Positions 27,095-36,521 of a stretch of DNA of 41,523 nucleotides are shown here, piece after piece. Positions within the stretch are counted from its first letter, which is position 1, and each line of letters opens with the position of its first letter. Below the pieces are notes generated by a model, which was not told the origin of the DNA, did not search any database, and worked only from the letters and a program-made list of their open reading frames with translations. Both the position numbers and the translations under genes were made by a program. The DNA is from a virus (Duplodnaviria; Caudoviricetes), in IMG/VR virus record IMGVR_UViG_3300022930_000007, positions 1-41,523 of that record; one strand, given 5' to 3'.

Positions 27095-29308
27095 ATGGCA
27101 ATAAACATAACGGCAACACCTACAGACGAGACTACAACTGGCGCGAGTGATGGAACTATATCTATACAGGCTTATAGTTCGGGCTCTCCTGTAACGGCTG
27201 ATGCATATAGTATCAATAACTTTATAACTGAGCAAACAGACTTCTTTTTCGGTGGACTACCTGCTGGAGTGTATAAGGCTAGAGCTAGGTTAGCTGGGGA
27301 ATTATCGGAGTTGCAATACATACCTATTGCAACTGCTTCACCTACTCCAGATCCAGAACCTCCTATTCCTCCTGTTCCGATTGTTTATGAATACCGAGAA
27401 ACTTATACGGGATCATTCTGCGATAAGAAAGGGGTAAATATATTAGTCTCATTTAAGAGGCGTGTTCCAGTTGATAGCATTCCTACTGCGCCTAGTGAAA
27501 TACAATTCTCGGGCGAAAATGATTCACCTATTGTAATTGATTATCCTGACAACGGTGATTATAAGTTAACTCCTGTCAATGGTAGCCAATGCGAGATAAG
27601 GATTAAGGCTATCGGTTCGTTCGAGCTAAGTTCAATGTATACAGCCGATGAAAAGGAATGGCGTGTTGATATTTCAGGCGGGTGGAAATGGTCTGGATTT
27701 CTTATTCCAGATAGCTGTATTGAACCGTTTGCATCAAAACCTTATGATGTATCAGTTAGGGCTACAGATGCTTTAGGCTTGCTTAAAGATGAGCCATTCC
27801 AACAAGTAGACGCTACTAGATATAAAGGCTATTATTCTGATAAGGAAATATTACGTATTTGCTTAGCTAAGACAGGACTTGCGCTTAAGATGAATATTGC
27901 GGTTAATACCTACGAAGGCACTATGGCTGTAGGTAATCAGCTTTCGCCAATGGGGCAATCTTACGCTAATACAGAGCCTTTCTTAAACGAGGATGGAACG
28001 GCAATGGATTGCTATGCTGTAATGGAATCTGTTTTATCGCGCTGGGGTTGCAGGTTACATCAGTTCAATGGTATATGGCAGATAGTCAATGTAATGGAGC
28101 AATCTTTAGCTGCTGTTAATACATTCCCTTTTAACAACGCTGGAGGGGCTGATGGCGTTCAGTTTGCTTTAGGTAATTTCGTGCGTGTAGGAGGTCAGAA
28201 CAGAGCTATCCGGCCAGTTGGTGATACTTCATTTGCTAAGGCATTCAAACAAAGTTCGGCTTACTATAAATATGGTTATATATCCAATGCTTTGTATAAC
28301 GGTGACTTTGATATATGGACTTCTAAGCCTACTGGATTACCTAACGGATGGATAATGACAGGAGGTACAACTGGAACTACGAAGATTCGTTATCAAGATG
28401 GTTATGCTACATCGGATTATTATATTGAGATAGGTAGCGATGGAAATGGGGGCATTCAACCTGTTACTCCTGTTCAGATTAGGCAGTATGATTTTCCTAA
28501 GATTAGCTTTGATTTGTATTCTGTAGAATCGTTGACTTATGGTGCTTCTGGAAGGGGGCGCTATATATCTGTATTCATTAGTAATAACGATGGGTTATGG
28601 TTTACAGAAGATGGCTGGAAAAATACTACGAGAGCTTATGTATTCAAAAAAGATTCAAATGATTTTATCAAACAACAACGATTTGAAATTACAGTAACCC
28701 CATTAGAAGAAGATTACCTAATGACTATTACTATACTTGCTGTTGGTCTTGCTGATGGAACACATTTCAAAACGAACATCAACAACGTTAATCTGAATGC
28801 AGGATTTGGTACAGGCAGGGAAAAGAACGCGATAGGGGAAACTAATGAGCAGGTACTATTAACTAAGCAATCATTCATTCCTGAAGTAATAGAGGTATTG
28901 CATTCTGATGATACCAATGATACGCGTACATCTGGGCTAAAGATTAGTTCTACTGAGGACGGTTTAAAACTAGCAAGTCCTGCTATGGCTAATTTCAGTT
29001 CATTATGGAAGCGTAATGGCATTACTGAGTTTGCTCCACTACTGCGGATAATAGCTAATAGCGAGTTGAGGTTACATCAAAAGGCGTATAGAATAATAGA
29101 CTTTGAATATGTAACGGATTGGAGTAGCTTAAGCACTGATAAGATAGATATAAACACTTTGCTTGCTGTTGATTTGCTAGATAGCTACTTTATATTCTTA
29201 TCAGGTTCATTCGATTTAAAATCTGGAATACCTAGATTGAAATTTGCTCAAGTGCTTACTGAGGCAGTGATGGTAAATGAGACGCTTAAGATGGATTATG
29301 GGGATTAA
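27095..29308 (+). CDS. Tail tip/hub protein with N-terminal SprB-like repeat
   Basis: Follows the TMP; WSGFLIPD...ATDALGLLKD; N-terminal GASDGTI...YSI...FGGLPAGVY. Confidence 0.7.
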   Translation: MAINITATPTDETTTGASDGTISIQAYSSGSPVTADAYSINNFITEQTDFFFGGLPAGVYKARARLAGELSELQYIPIATASPTPDPEPPIPPVPIVYEYRETYTGSFCDKKGVNILVSFKRRVPVDSIPTAPSEIQFSGENDSPIVIDYPDNGDYKLTPVNGSQCEIRIKAIGSFELSSMYTADEKEWRVDISGGWKWSGFLIPDSCIEPFASKPYDVSVRATDALGLLKDEPFQQVDATRYKGYYSDKEILRICLAKTGLALKMNIAVNTYEGTMAVGNQLSPMGQSYANTEPFLNEDGTAMDCYAVMESVLSRWGCRLHQFNGIWQIVNVMEQSLAAVNTFPFNNAGGADGVQFALGNFVRVGGQNRAIRPVGDTSFAKAFKQSSAYYKYGYISNALYNGDFDIWTSKPTGLPNGWIMTGGTTGTTKIRYQDGYATSDYYIEIGSDGNGGIQPVTPVQIRQYDFPKISFDLYSVESLTYGASGRGRYISVFISNNDGLWFTEDGWKNTTRAYVFKKDSNDFIKQQRFEITVTPLEEDYLMTITILAVGLADGTHFKTNINNVNLNAGFGTGREKNAIGETNEQVLLTKQSFIPEVIEVLHSDDTNDTRTSGLKISSTEDGLKLASPAMANFSSLWKRNGITEFAPLLRIIANSELRLHQKAYRIIDFEYVTDWSSLSTDKIDINTLLAVDLLDSYFIFLSGSFDLKSGIPRLKFAQVLTEAVMVNETLKMDYGD

Positions 29309-29342
29309 AAAAAGCTGCCCTATGTAATCTATAGGGCAGTTA
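29307..29342. terminator. Terminator (minus strand or bidirectional)
   Basis: A-run, CTGCCCTA...TAGGGCAG. Confidence 0.7.
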
Positions 29343-29345
29343 AAA

Positions 29346-29567
29346 TTATTCGAATTCAGCTCCAGCGTAACCAATAATTGTATCTTTTTCGTGTAATTTT
29401 TTAATAATATTATCATTAGTTTCTTTAAAAAGCGATTCGTAATAATGTTTAGCTTGATATGTTAAATCATTTAATTCGCTATCACGTTTCAATTTCAAAA
29501 AACAATAATCATATATTGCTTTCAAATCTGCTATTGATTGATTTTCCATATTATTCTGATAAAACAT
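29346..29567 (-). CDS. Hypothetical protein (antisense island 6)
   Basis: ORF track; start uncertain. Confidence 0.6.
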   Translation of the reverse strand: MFYQNNMENQSIADLKAIYDYCFLKLKRDSELNDLTYQAKHYYESLFKETNDNIIKKLHEKDTIIGYAGAEFE

Positions 29568-29838
29568 TTATTAAGTGGACTCCTACATAGTGTTCTTCTT
29601 CTTTAGTTGTAGATTTCCATTTATTTTCAGATGTTTCTGATAGTAAAGGCTGTTCATTGTCTAAATCTTCGTTATCTGATAATATCTCTTTATTAATTTC
29701 AATTACCATTTCTAAGGCTTTTATCCTAGCCAATTCTTTATTATTGACAAATAATTCTTTTTCATGATTTACATAAGGAGCATAATGACCTCCTTCGCAT
29801 TCCTCTATTTTAGTATAGAGCACTTGATATATTTCCAT
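29551..29838 (-). CDS. Acidic hypothetical protein (island 6)
   Basis: ORF track. Confidence 0.65.
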   Translation of the reverse strand: MEIYQVLYTKIEECEGGHYAPYVNHEKELFVNNKELARIKALEMVIEINKEILSDNEDLDNEQPLLSETSENKWKSTTKEEEHYVGVHLINVLSE

Positions 29839-29839
29839 A

Positions 29840-30004
29840 CTATATAGCTTTTAAGAAATCAACAAAATCTAACCTATCTCTAAGTTTTTGCATAATAATA
29901 GATTCTTCTTTAACGTCGATAAAATCTTTATTAGTTTGCAAATGCCATCTAAGATTTTCTATTTGGCGTTCGTACATTTCGATAATTTGTTTTACTTTTT
30001 CCAT
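29840..30004 (-). CDS. 54-aa protein, paralog of 30737-30955 (not in ORF track)
   Basis: MEKVKQIIEMYERQIENLRWHLQTN...DFVDFLKAI. Confidence 0.7.
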   Translation of the reverse strand: MEKVKQIIEMYERQIENLRWHLQTNKDFIDVKEESIIMQKLRDRLDFVDFLKAI

Positions 30005-30005
30005 G

Positions 30006-30329
30006 TTATAAAAATTTATATATTAAAATACATCCTACAGCAATAGCTAATGAAATTCCTAATACTAATCCCCATATAAAAGCCTCATTAGGATTGACTG
30101 CCCCATGATTAATTAACCTATTTTTAGGAGGTGCAGGTGGATTTGGTATTTTTGAATATATTAAATTAAATACTTCCATTGTTACTAAACCTGGTTTATT
30201 GCTAATAATAGTTTCGCTATTTGTATTGTCGTTAAAAGTTAAAACATACATATATTTATTGCCTCCTGTTTTCTGAGGCAGACTCATTACACTCATAGAG
30301 TATACTGAATCAAATAATGCTTTATTCAT
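30006..30329 (-). CDS. Hypothetical protein with C-terminal TM (island 6)
   Basis: Pro linker, then AFIWGLVLGISLAIAVGCILI. Confidence 0.65.
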   Translation of the reverse strand: MNKALFDSVYSMSVMSLPQKTGGNKYMYVLTFNDNTNSETIISNKPGLVTMEVFNLIYSKIPNPPAPPKNRLINHGAVNPNEAFIWGLVLGISLAIAVGCILIYKFL

Positions 30330-30483
30330 CTTTTGCTTTATTTATATTCTCATGTAGTATGATATGAAGAAATACTATTATAATAAATTCTCCAAAAGAC
30401 AACATTTGAGTTTGATTAAATATGTACATAAACATGATTATGTTTATTACCAAAACTGTTTTGTATATGCGATTTCTATTCAT
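30322..30483 (-). CDS. 53-aa hydrophobic peptide (not in ORF track)
   Basis: MNRNRIYKTVLVINIIMFMYIF...FIIIVFLHIIL. Confidence 0.5.
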   Translation of the reverse strand: MNRNRIYKTVLVINIIMFMYIFNQTQMLSFGEFIIIVFLHIILHENINKAKDE

Positions 30484-30500
30484 CTTTCTTATATGTTTCA

Positions 30501-30734
30501 TTATTTTAATCCTTCTAAATTAAATGCATAAAGATTAGCTTCTGGTATTAGTATTTTACAATTAATATAGTTTGATGTAAACATTCCTGGATTTACAACC
30601 GTAGCTGATTGTAATATTCCTCCATGTCTTTTCATTCTATCGGTTATAACTGTACGCCTGTATTCACTCATAATTGGCATTTCAATCAGAACGTATTTTA
30701 ATCCGTTTATAAGGTATATGATATCGTTTTCCAT
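30501..30734 (-). CDS. Hypothetical protein (island 6)
   Basis: ORF track. Confidence 0.65.
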   Translation of the reverse strand: MENDIIYLINGLKYVLIEMPIMSEYRRTVITDRMKRHGGILQSATVVNPGMFTSNYINCKILIPEANLYAFNLEGLK

Positions 30735-30736
30735 TA

Positions 30737-30955
30737 CTAAATGGCTTTTAAATACGTTATAAAATCTTTTCTTTCTCTTATTTGAGTGTTAATCAATTCT
30801 TTTTTAGATTCATTAATAATACTCGAGTTTGTTTCTAAATGCCATTTCAAATTACCAATTTGTCTTTCGTACATTTTAATAATTGTAACTATCTTATCTA
30901 ATTTTCTAGCGTATTCAGATAGAGTTATTGTAAGCGTGTCTTTTATAATAATCAT
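30737..30955 (-). CDS. Hypothetical protein (island 6, first gene)
   Basis: ORF track; promoter TTAG-N20-TAAGTTTG upstream. Confidence 0.7.
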   Translation of the reverse strand: MIIIKDTLTITLSEYARKLDKIVTIIKMYERQIGNLKWHLETNSSIINESKKELINTQIRERKDFITYLKAI

Positions 30956-30978
30956 GTTTTCTAGTTTTAATTGTTAAT

Positions 30979-31044
30979 CAAACTTACGCCTCTTATATCA
31001 GTATATCTAATTCATCACAATATTGTTACAATTCATTATATTTG
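30979..31044. promoter_or_regulatory. Divergent promoters plus degenerate operator
   Basis: Minus TAAGTTTG 30986-30979; CATCAC-AATATT-GTTACA 31013-31030; plus TATATTTG 31037-31044. Confidence 0.6.
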
Positions 31045-31060
31045 ATAAAAATACATAATC

Positions 31061-31207
31061 ATGGCAACAGAGATATTAGACCTATCAAATGATCCTTTTG
31101 TAAAAGGAATTACAGAAAAAGTTAAAGAATTAGAGTTTCATCTTAAAAAATGCCAAGTATTATTTGATGAACTTAAAGGTAATTACGGTATTGATTTAGA
31201 GGCATAA
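31061..31207 (+). CDS. 48-aa hypothetical protein (not in ORF track)
   Basis: MATEILDLSNDPFVKG...; TAATG overlap with the next gene. Confidence 0.55.
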   Translation: MATEILDLSNDPFVKGITEKVKELEFHLKKCQVLFDELKGNYGIDLEA

Positions 31208-31998
31208 TGTACAATTCTAGCGACTATGTCGTACTAATCGACACCATCACCCCTATCACAGCCAATAGAGGCACATACGCAAATTATCGGCCTGTGATAT
31301 GCGGTACAAGCAACGGTTTATCGGTGGAGTTCGAGAGTATTTCTTTCCGTAATAAATGCGATGGGGGATGGGATAGGTCGCAATCGGGCTACGGATCATG
31401 GGATTTCTCAGTAGATGGAATGGCTTATGCGATTAAGAATACAGATAAACTATTAAAGGCTAACTTTCAAGAAGTAGCTGAATTAGCATTAGATAAACGC
31501 ATATTCTGGGCTAAGACTGCTGATATTAACAGCACGATCGTTAGGGAGGGATTAGTTAGGATTGGATCATATAAAGAAACTGCGGATTTAGAATCACCTT
31601 ATACATTCAATGTGAGTTTCGTAGGTATTGGTAAACCGATATTTGAGGCAACACCAGAACCGCCAACTCCAGGGACTTTAGTAGCTTACTATGGTTACAT
31701 GAACGAGGGCGATACATTAGATACCGCTCGAATATTAGCAGGAAGTCAGGTAGCGTTTACCAATCTGCAATCGGTTACATTCCCGTTCGCAATCCCTTCA
31801 TTCGCTATCCCTTGGGTTGCTTTACCAGATGGACAGCCGATCAAAACTAGCGTAACGGATTTGTCAGATGATACTAGTTCAACTCCTATAGGATCTACTG
31901 GAACATTCGGGAGTAAGGTAGATATAGGATCATTCGATGCTTACATAGGAAACTTTGCAACTATTTACACAGGTTTAGGATTAAGATTTAACAACTAA
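31207..31998 (+). CDS. Second tail-tube-like protein with C-terminal accessory domain
   Basis: N-terminal ~150 aa align to 23804-24268 (NKCDGG, SG.GSW.FS.DG, REG.VRI..Y.ETA, YTF...FVGIG). Confidence 0.85.
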   Translation: MYNSSDYVVLIDTITPITANRGTYANYRPVICGTSNGLSVEFESISFRNKCDGGWDRSQSGYGSWDFSVDGMAYAIKNTDKLLKANFQEVAELALDKRIFWAKTADINSTIVREGLVRIGSYKETADLESPYTFNVSFVGIGKPIFEATPEPPTPGTLVAYYGYMNEGDTLDTARILAGSQVAFTNLQSVTFPFAIPSFAIPWVALPDGQPIKTSVTDLSDDTSSTPIGSTGTFGSKVDIGSFDAYIGNFATIYTGLGLRFNN

Positions 31999-32005
31999 TA
32001 TACAT

Positions 32006-34117
32006 ATGGCTTTCCCATCAATTGATAACATAAGAGTAAACGCAGCAAAACATACTGATGATTGGTATGCCGACGAAGTTGTGGCTGGCAAAGAACAGCC
32101 ATATACATCTGTTGCTGATGCTTGCTTCAAAATACCGAGCGCTGTAAGGATGAAAGGTAGGCCAGTATTGATTACAGTAGATGGGCTAACTGAAGCGTTT
32201 TGGTGGAAAGATAATTTAACAGATTCAGGATTAATAAGAAGGGATCAGCCTTTAATTGATGAGATTATAGCAAGACAGGAAATATCCGGCTTAGTTAAGC
32301 AAAACTATTTAAGCTACAACGCATTTAGAGGTCTTGCTTTGCCTAAAGAAAATGGAGGGATAGTTGCTATTGGGGATTCTAATTTAGAGGGGTATGTAGA
32401 TAACGCTGTAGGTGTAGGTGAAATAAACTGGTTTACAAGGTTAGTAAGGGATATTCAAAGTTATCAAGGCCCCCAATCAGGTATCGGATTTACCAATTTT
32501 GCAGACCCTACTAGATATGGATTTACTACATCTGGAACGACTACAATTGTTAATGAAGGGCCAAATAATAGGGCTATACAATTAAACGTAAATGCAATTA
32601 TACAATTCACCGAGGCTACTAATCTAGTAGAACTTTGGTTTAATGGTTCTGCTGGTAAATTAGAGTTTTATTACAACGATACATTATACAGAACGGTAGA
32701 TTGTAACTTATCCGGCACTACTAAAAATGTAAATACTTTCTTAAATCAAAATTATCCTATCACAGTTACACCATCCGTAAACTCTGGAGTATATAAAATT
32801 AAATGTATTGGCGCTCCTGTTGTAATTACTTCACTTAGTAAAAAAACATTAGGAACATCAACGTTCGATACTAACTACTTTTCAAGGTTTGCAGTTGCCG
32901 GATGTACATTTGGTGATTTTGATCCTAATGATATTGTAGCGACTACAGGATTAGGAGGGGAAAGGAATACATTGTATCTACTTAACTTAGGGACAAACTC
33001 GATTTACAGTCCTGACAAAGCCACTACTGCTGCGGTGTTTGGTGTTGCCTTAGGTAATTACATAGATATACTTAGATCAGCTAAATCCAACGTGGTATTT
33101 ATGATGCCTCCAAGGACTAAAGAGACTTCGTACCCTGCTGTTATAGAACCTTATACGAATTATTTAGCCGTAGCAATACAGGTTTGTAAAGATAAAGGAA
33201 TTGATTTAATTGACATGAATGATGTTTTAGCTATTGGTGACCCTTTTGGGGCTGATGGTTTACATTATTCTGCTTCAGGGCATTTGATTATAGCTAATTT
33301 CATTATAAACAGGCTTGCTAAGACTGATGTACAAAACACCAGGAAAATATATGAAAATACTTTAGCTACAGGAGGCACTTTAGATTCAGTAACAGATAAA
33401 GGGGCTACTACTGATAACAGCGCAAGGTTCGGATTATCATTAGGCGTAAAAGGCGCTGCTAATAATAACCCTGGAAATGGTGCTTTTTATGCTTGGGAAA
33501 ATCAAGAAAATCCTGCAAGCACAGCATATAGAGCTATTGTTGCTCAGTTAGGATTAAATGGAGACTACGTTTTATATCAATACAACGGTACAGCCTATAT
33601 AGAAACATTAAGGGTTAGTGGAACTTCAATTGCTTATAAAGGGAATGATTTACAAACTAAATTAGAAGCATCCTTAGGTACGACAAAAAAAACGGCTTTA
33701 ATAACCCCCACTGTTGGCGCTACAAGTGTCACTATTCCATCTTTAGTAAATCAGTTCGTAAACTTTGTTGTAAAATCTGGTGTAGTTTACCTAGTTGGTA
33801 CAACGGCGAATGAAGATGATCTAACAGTTTCTTTTAATTCGGCTACAGGGGCTATTACTTTCGCTTCGCCATTTCTTACAGGCGAAAAAGTATGGGCTAA
33901 TTATCAAGGTGTAGCGGGAGGAACAGGGACAGGAAATATAATCACAGTTCAAAACTATACAGATATAGTTCTTCATTCAACTTGGGGTGGTAGCGCTAAG
34001 ACTGAATATTACGTATTAACAGACAATCAAAATATGGGCGGTAAGAAAGGTGCTTACGTTTATATTCCTAACTTTACAGCTACACCAGCACAAATAGCAA
34101 TTAACTTTAACGATTAA
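32006..34117 (+). CDS. Tail-associated protein with SGNH/GDSL hydrolase domain
   Basis: AIGDSN, AVAG, NLGTN, DGLH blocks. Confidence 0.8.
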   Translation: MAFPSIDNIRVNAAKHTDDWYADEVVAGKEQPYTSVADACFKIPSAVRMKGRPVLITVDGLTEAFWWKDNLTDSGLIRRDQPLIDEIIARQEISGLVKQNYLSYNAFRGLALPKENGGIVAIGDSNLEGYVDNAVGVGEINWFTRLVRDIQSYQGPQSGIGFTNFADPTRYGFTTSGTTTIVNEGPNNRAIQLNVNAIIQFTEATNLVELWFNGSAGKLEFYYNDTLYRTVDCNLSGTTKNVNTFLNQNYPITVTPSVNSGVYKIKCIGAPVVITSLSKKTLGTSTFDTNYFSRFAVAGCTFGDFDPNDIVATTGLGGERNTLYLLNLGTNSIYSPDKATTAAVFGVALGNYIDILRSAKSNVVFMMPPRTKETSYPAVIEPYTNYLAVAIQVCKDKGIDLIDMNDVLAIGDPFGADGLHYSASGHLIIANFIINRLAKTDVQNTRKIYENTLATGGTLDSVTDKGATTDNSARFGLSLGVKGAANNNPGNGAFYAWENQENPASTAYRAIVAQLGLNGDYVLYQYNGTAYIETLRVSGTSIAYKGNDLQTKLEASLGTTKKTALITPTVGATSVTIPSLVNQFVNFVVKSGVVYLVGTTANEDDLTVSFNSATGAITFASPFLTGEKVWANYQGVAGGTGTGNIITVQNYTDIVLHSTWGGSAKTEYYVLTDNQNMGGKKGAYVYIPNFTATPAQIAINFND

Positions 34118-34122
34118 TATAT

Positions 34123-35832
34123 ATGGCATTTCCAGTGCAGTTAACCCAAAATGGGTTCCCAGTATCAGTTGAAAACTTAGAAATATATCCAAAAAAAATA
34201 GCTCATTGGGATTTTAGTAAATTGCCTGTAATGACTAACGGAACTAAAATCAGCATCCTACAGGATTTATCTGGGTTTGGAAATAATTTATCAAATACAG
34301 TAACCTCAACACAGCCAACTAAAGCAGCAAAAACAAACGGACTATCAATAGCTAATTTTAATGGCTCTCAAACAATTAGAAGTAGCGTTTTAGGGTCTTC
34401 ATTCCCCATTAATACACCTTATTTAGCGCCAATATCATTTACTTTTGTAGCTAGATTTACTACAACTCAAGCTAATCAATTTCCGCAACTTTTAAAAGGT
34501 AGTGGGACTAATGGTATTACTATACTAGCAGATAATAGTACGGCAATAAATTCTGGGGTCGTTTACGCTGCTGGGAATGCTTTAGGAACTTCTCAAAATG
34601 GGCAATCTTTTCTAGATAATAATTTTCATGTTTTTACTTTAAACTTTGGCTCTACAAGTTCCTCTATTTATGTGGATGGATTTTTACTCAGTACTAATAT
34701 TACTGGAAACCTTATTGCAGGGGGGCTATTATCACCTTTAATCGGTGATCAGGGTTTTACTGGAGATATTGCAGAAATAATTATATGTAATGAATTGTTA
34801 AATCAAGATAGGATAAATTATTCAGTACAACTTCTTTCTGATAAATGGGGTATAACCAAGCCAATAGCTCAAGCTGCTAATGGATCTTCTTTATACGAGT
34901 CAGGTTCAACTTCTGATGGAAGTACTTACAGGATATGGGCGCCAGCTAATCCTATAGCTAACGCTCCATTAATTTTATGGTCACATCCTCAAGGACAAAG
35001 TGAACAGATAGAGCCTGGTTATTTTGCCTACCCATATGTTCATGCTTGCAATGCGTTAGGATGGTATTTTGCTGCCTCATCTTTAGGAACAGGTTCTACC
35101 CCAGGAGGTTCTGCAAGCGCATGGGGGAACTCATCTGCTCAAACTGCTTTGTTAAACTTGTACAACTTATTATCCACAAGAAGAACATTTAATAACGTAG
35201 TGTTATTAGGGGCTTCAATGGGTAGTTTTACAAATGCATTAGCTGTTATAAAAAGTACCCTTCCAAATATTAAAGCTTCTTATTTTATAGATGGGGCTTT
35301 TTCTTTACTAACTATGTATAAGTCTGCCACATATTATCCAGGGATAAATCTAGCTTATGCTATAATAAATGGGACACTTTCGGCTATATCTACTTCTGGT
35401 GCTACATCTATTAGCAGTTCAGTTTCGTTTCCTACAGGGTCGATTATATTAATAGATCCTTTTGGCACTAACCCTGAACAAAAAACAACTGGATCACCTA
35501 CAGGAAGCGGCCCATACACTATACCGTTAACTACACCTTTAGATTTTGGTCATGCAAGTGGGGTAGCGGTAAGCGATTATTACACTAAAACTGTTAATCA
35601 AGATCCAATGATAACTACGATTACAAATTTTACGAACTTACCAACTAGATTTTTAGCATCTAGTACAGATGTTGTTACCGTTCAATCATCTCATACTACA
35701 CCTTTTAAAGCTAGATTAAACGGTATAGCGACTGGAAATGAAATAGTTCAGCATAAAGGTGGGCACCTTGGAGCAGGCTCTACTTATCCGTTAGATTTCG
35801 TAACTTTCATAAAAACAACATTATCTATTTAA
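34123..35832 (+). CDS. Tail-associated protein: LamG/ConA-like domain plus alpha/beta hydrolase
   Basis: DLSGFGN...IYVDG...FTGDIAEIII; LLGASMG nucleophile elbow, STDVV, HKGGH. Confidence 0.75.
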   Translation: MAFPVQLTQNGFPVSVENLEIYPKKIAHWDFSKLPVMTNGTKISILQDLSGFGNNLSNTVTSTQPTKAAKTNGLSIANFNGSQTIRSSVLGSSFPINTPYLAPISFTFVARFTTTQANQFPQLLKGSGTNGITILADNSTAINSGVVYAAGNALGTSQNGQSFLDNNFHVFTLNFGSTSSSIYVDGFLLSTNITGNLIAGGLLSPLIGDQGFTGDIAEIIICNELLNQDRINYSVQLLSDKWGITKPIAQAANGSSLYESGSTSDGSTYRIWAPANPIANAPLILWSHPQGQSEQIEPGYFAYPYVHACNALGWYFAASSLGTGSTPGGSASAWGNSSAQTALLNLYNLLSTRRTFNNVVLLGASMGSFTNALAVIKSTLPNIKASYFIDGAFSLLTMYKSATYYPGINLAYAIINGTLSAISTSGATSISSSVSFPTGSIILIDPFGTNPEQKTTGSPTGSGPYTIPLTTPLDFGHASGVAVSDYYTKTVNQDPMITTITNFTNLPTRFLASSTDVVTVQSSHTTPFKARLNGIATGNEIVQHKGGHLGAGSTYPLDFVTFIKTTLSI

Positions 35833-35833
35833 A

Positions 35834-36520
35834 ATGAAAAATAAACTAATACTCCCCTTGTTATTGATTGCATTTAGTGTTAATGCCCAAACACCAAACT
35901 ATACGGCTACTAAGTTTCCTAACGGATTAGTGCCTCCAAGTAGATCAACAGCACCAGTAGCATCTCCAGGTTCTTTATGGCATGACGTTATTGCTAATGC
36001 GATGAAATGGTATAACGGTTCGCAATGGGTTACAATCGGTTCAAGCGGAGGTATAACAACTGAAACAGATCCAACAGTACCGTCGAATGTTAAAGCGATT
36101 ACAGCGACTAATATAAGTAATTGGAATACTGCATTCGGCTGGGGTAATCATGCAAGTTCTGGATATGCCACACAAGCCTATGTAGATGCTAGAATAACTC
36201 AAATAGTTGAAATTACAGGAACTACTCAAAGTGCTGTTGCTGGAACAATTTACATTCCTCATAGCTCATCTAGGACAGTAATAACCTTGCCACCTTCATT
36301 AACAGTAGGACAATTATTTCAAGTTGTTGGCGAAGGAACTGGAGGTTTTAGGATAGCTCAGAATGTGGGTCAATCTATAGTAGGTGTTGGAACAAATACA
36401 ACAATTGGAACCGCCGGATATATGGAAAGCACTAATGCAAACTGTACAATTACATTAAGGGTTACAAATACAAATAAACTTACGATCACATCTAGTCAGG
36501 GGACTTTTACAACAAACTAA
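35834..36520 (+). CDS. Signal-peptide protein with tail-fibre-like segments
   Basis: MKNKLILPLLLIAFSVNA-Q; TETDPTVP...WNTAFGWGNHA; ITLPPS. Confidence 0.7.
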   Translation: MKNKLILPLLLIAFSVNAQTPNYTATKFPNGLVPPSRSTAPVASPGSLWHDVIANAMKWYNGSQWVTIGSSGGITTETDPTVPSNVKAITATNISNWNTAFGWGNHASSGYATQAYVDARITQIVEITGTTQSAVAGTIYIPHSSSRTVITLPPSLTVGQLFQVVGEGTGGFRIAQNVGQSIVGVGTNTTIGTAGYMESTNANCTITLRVTNTNKLTITSSQGTFTTN

Positions 36521-36521
36521 A

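Noticed and set aside
21379-31995. Diversity-generating retroelement TR/VR pair for the duplicated domain
   Set aside because: No reverse transcriptase; both copies are coding and the differences are not adenine-specific
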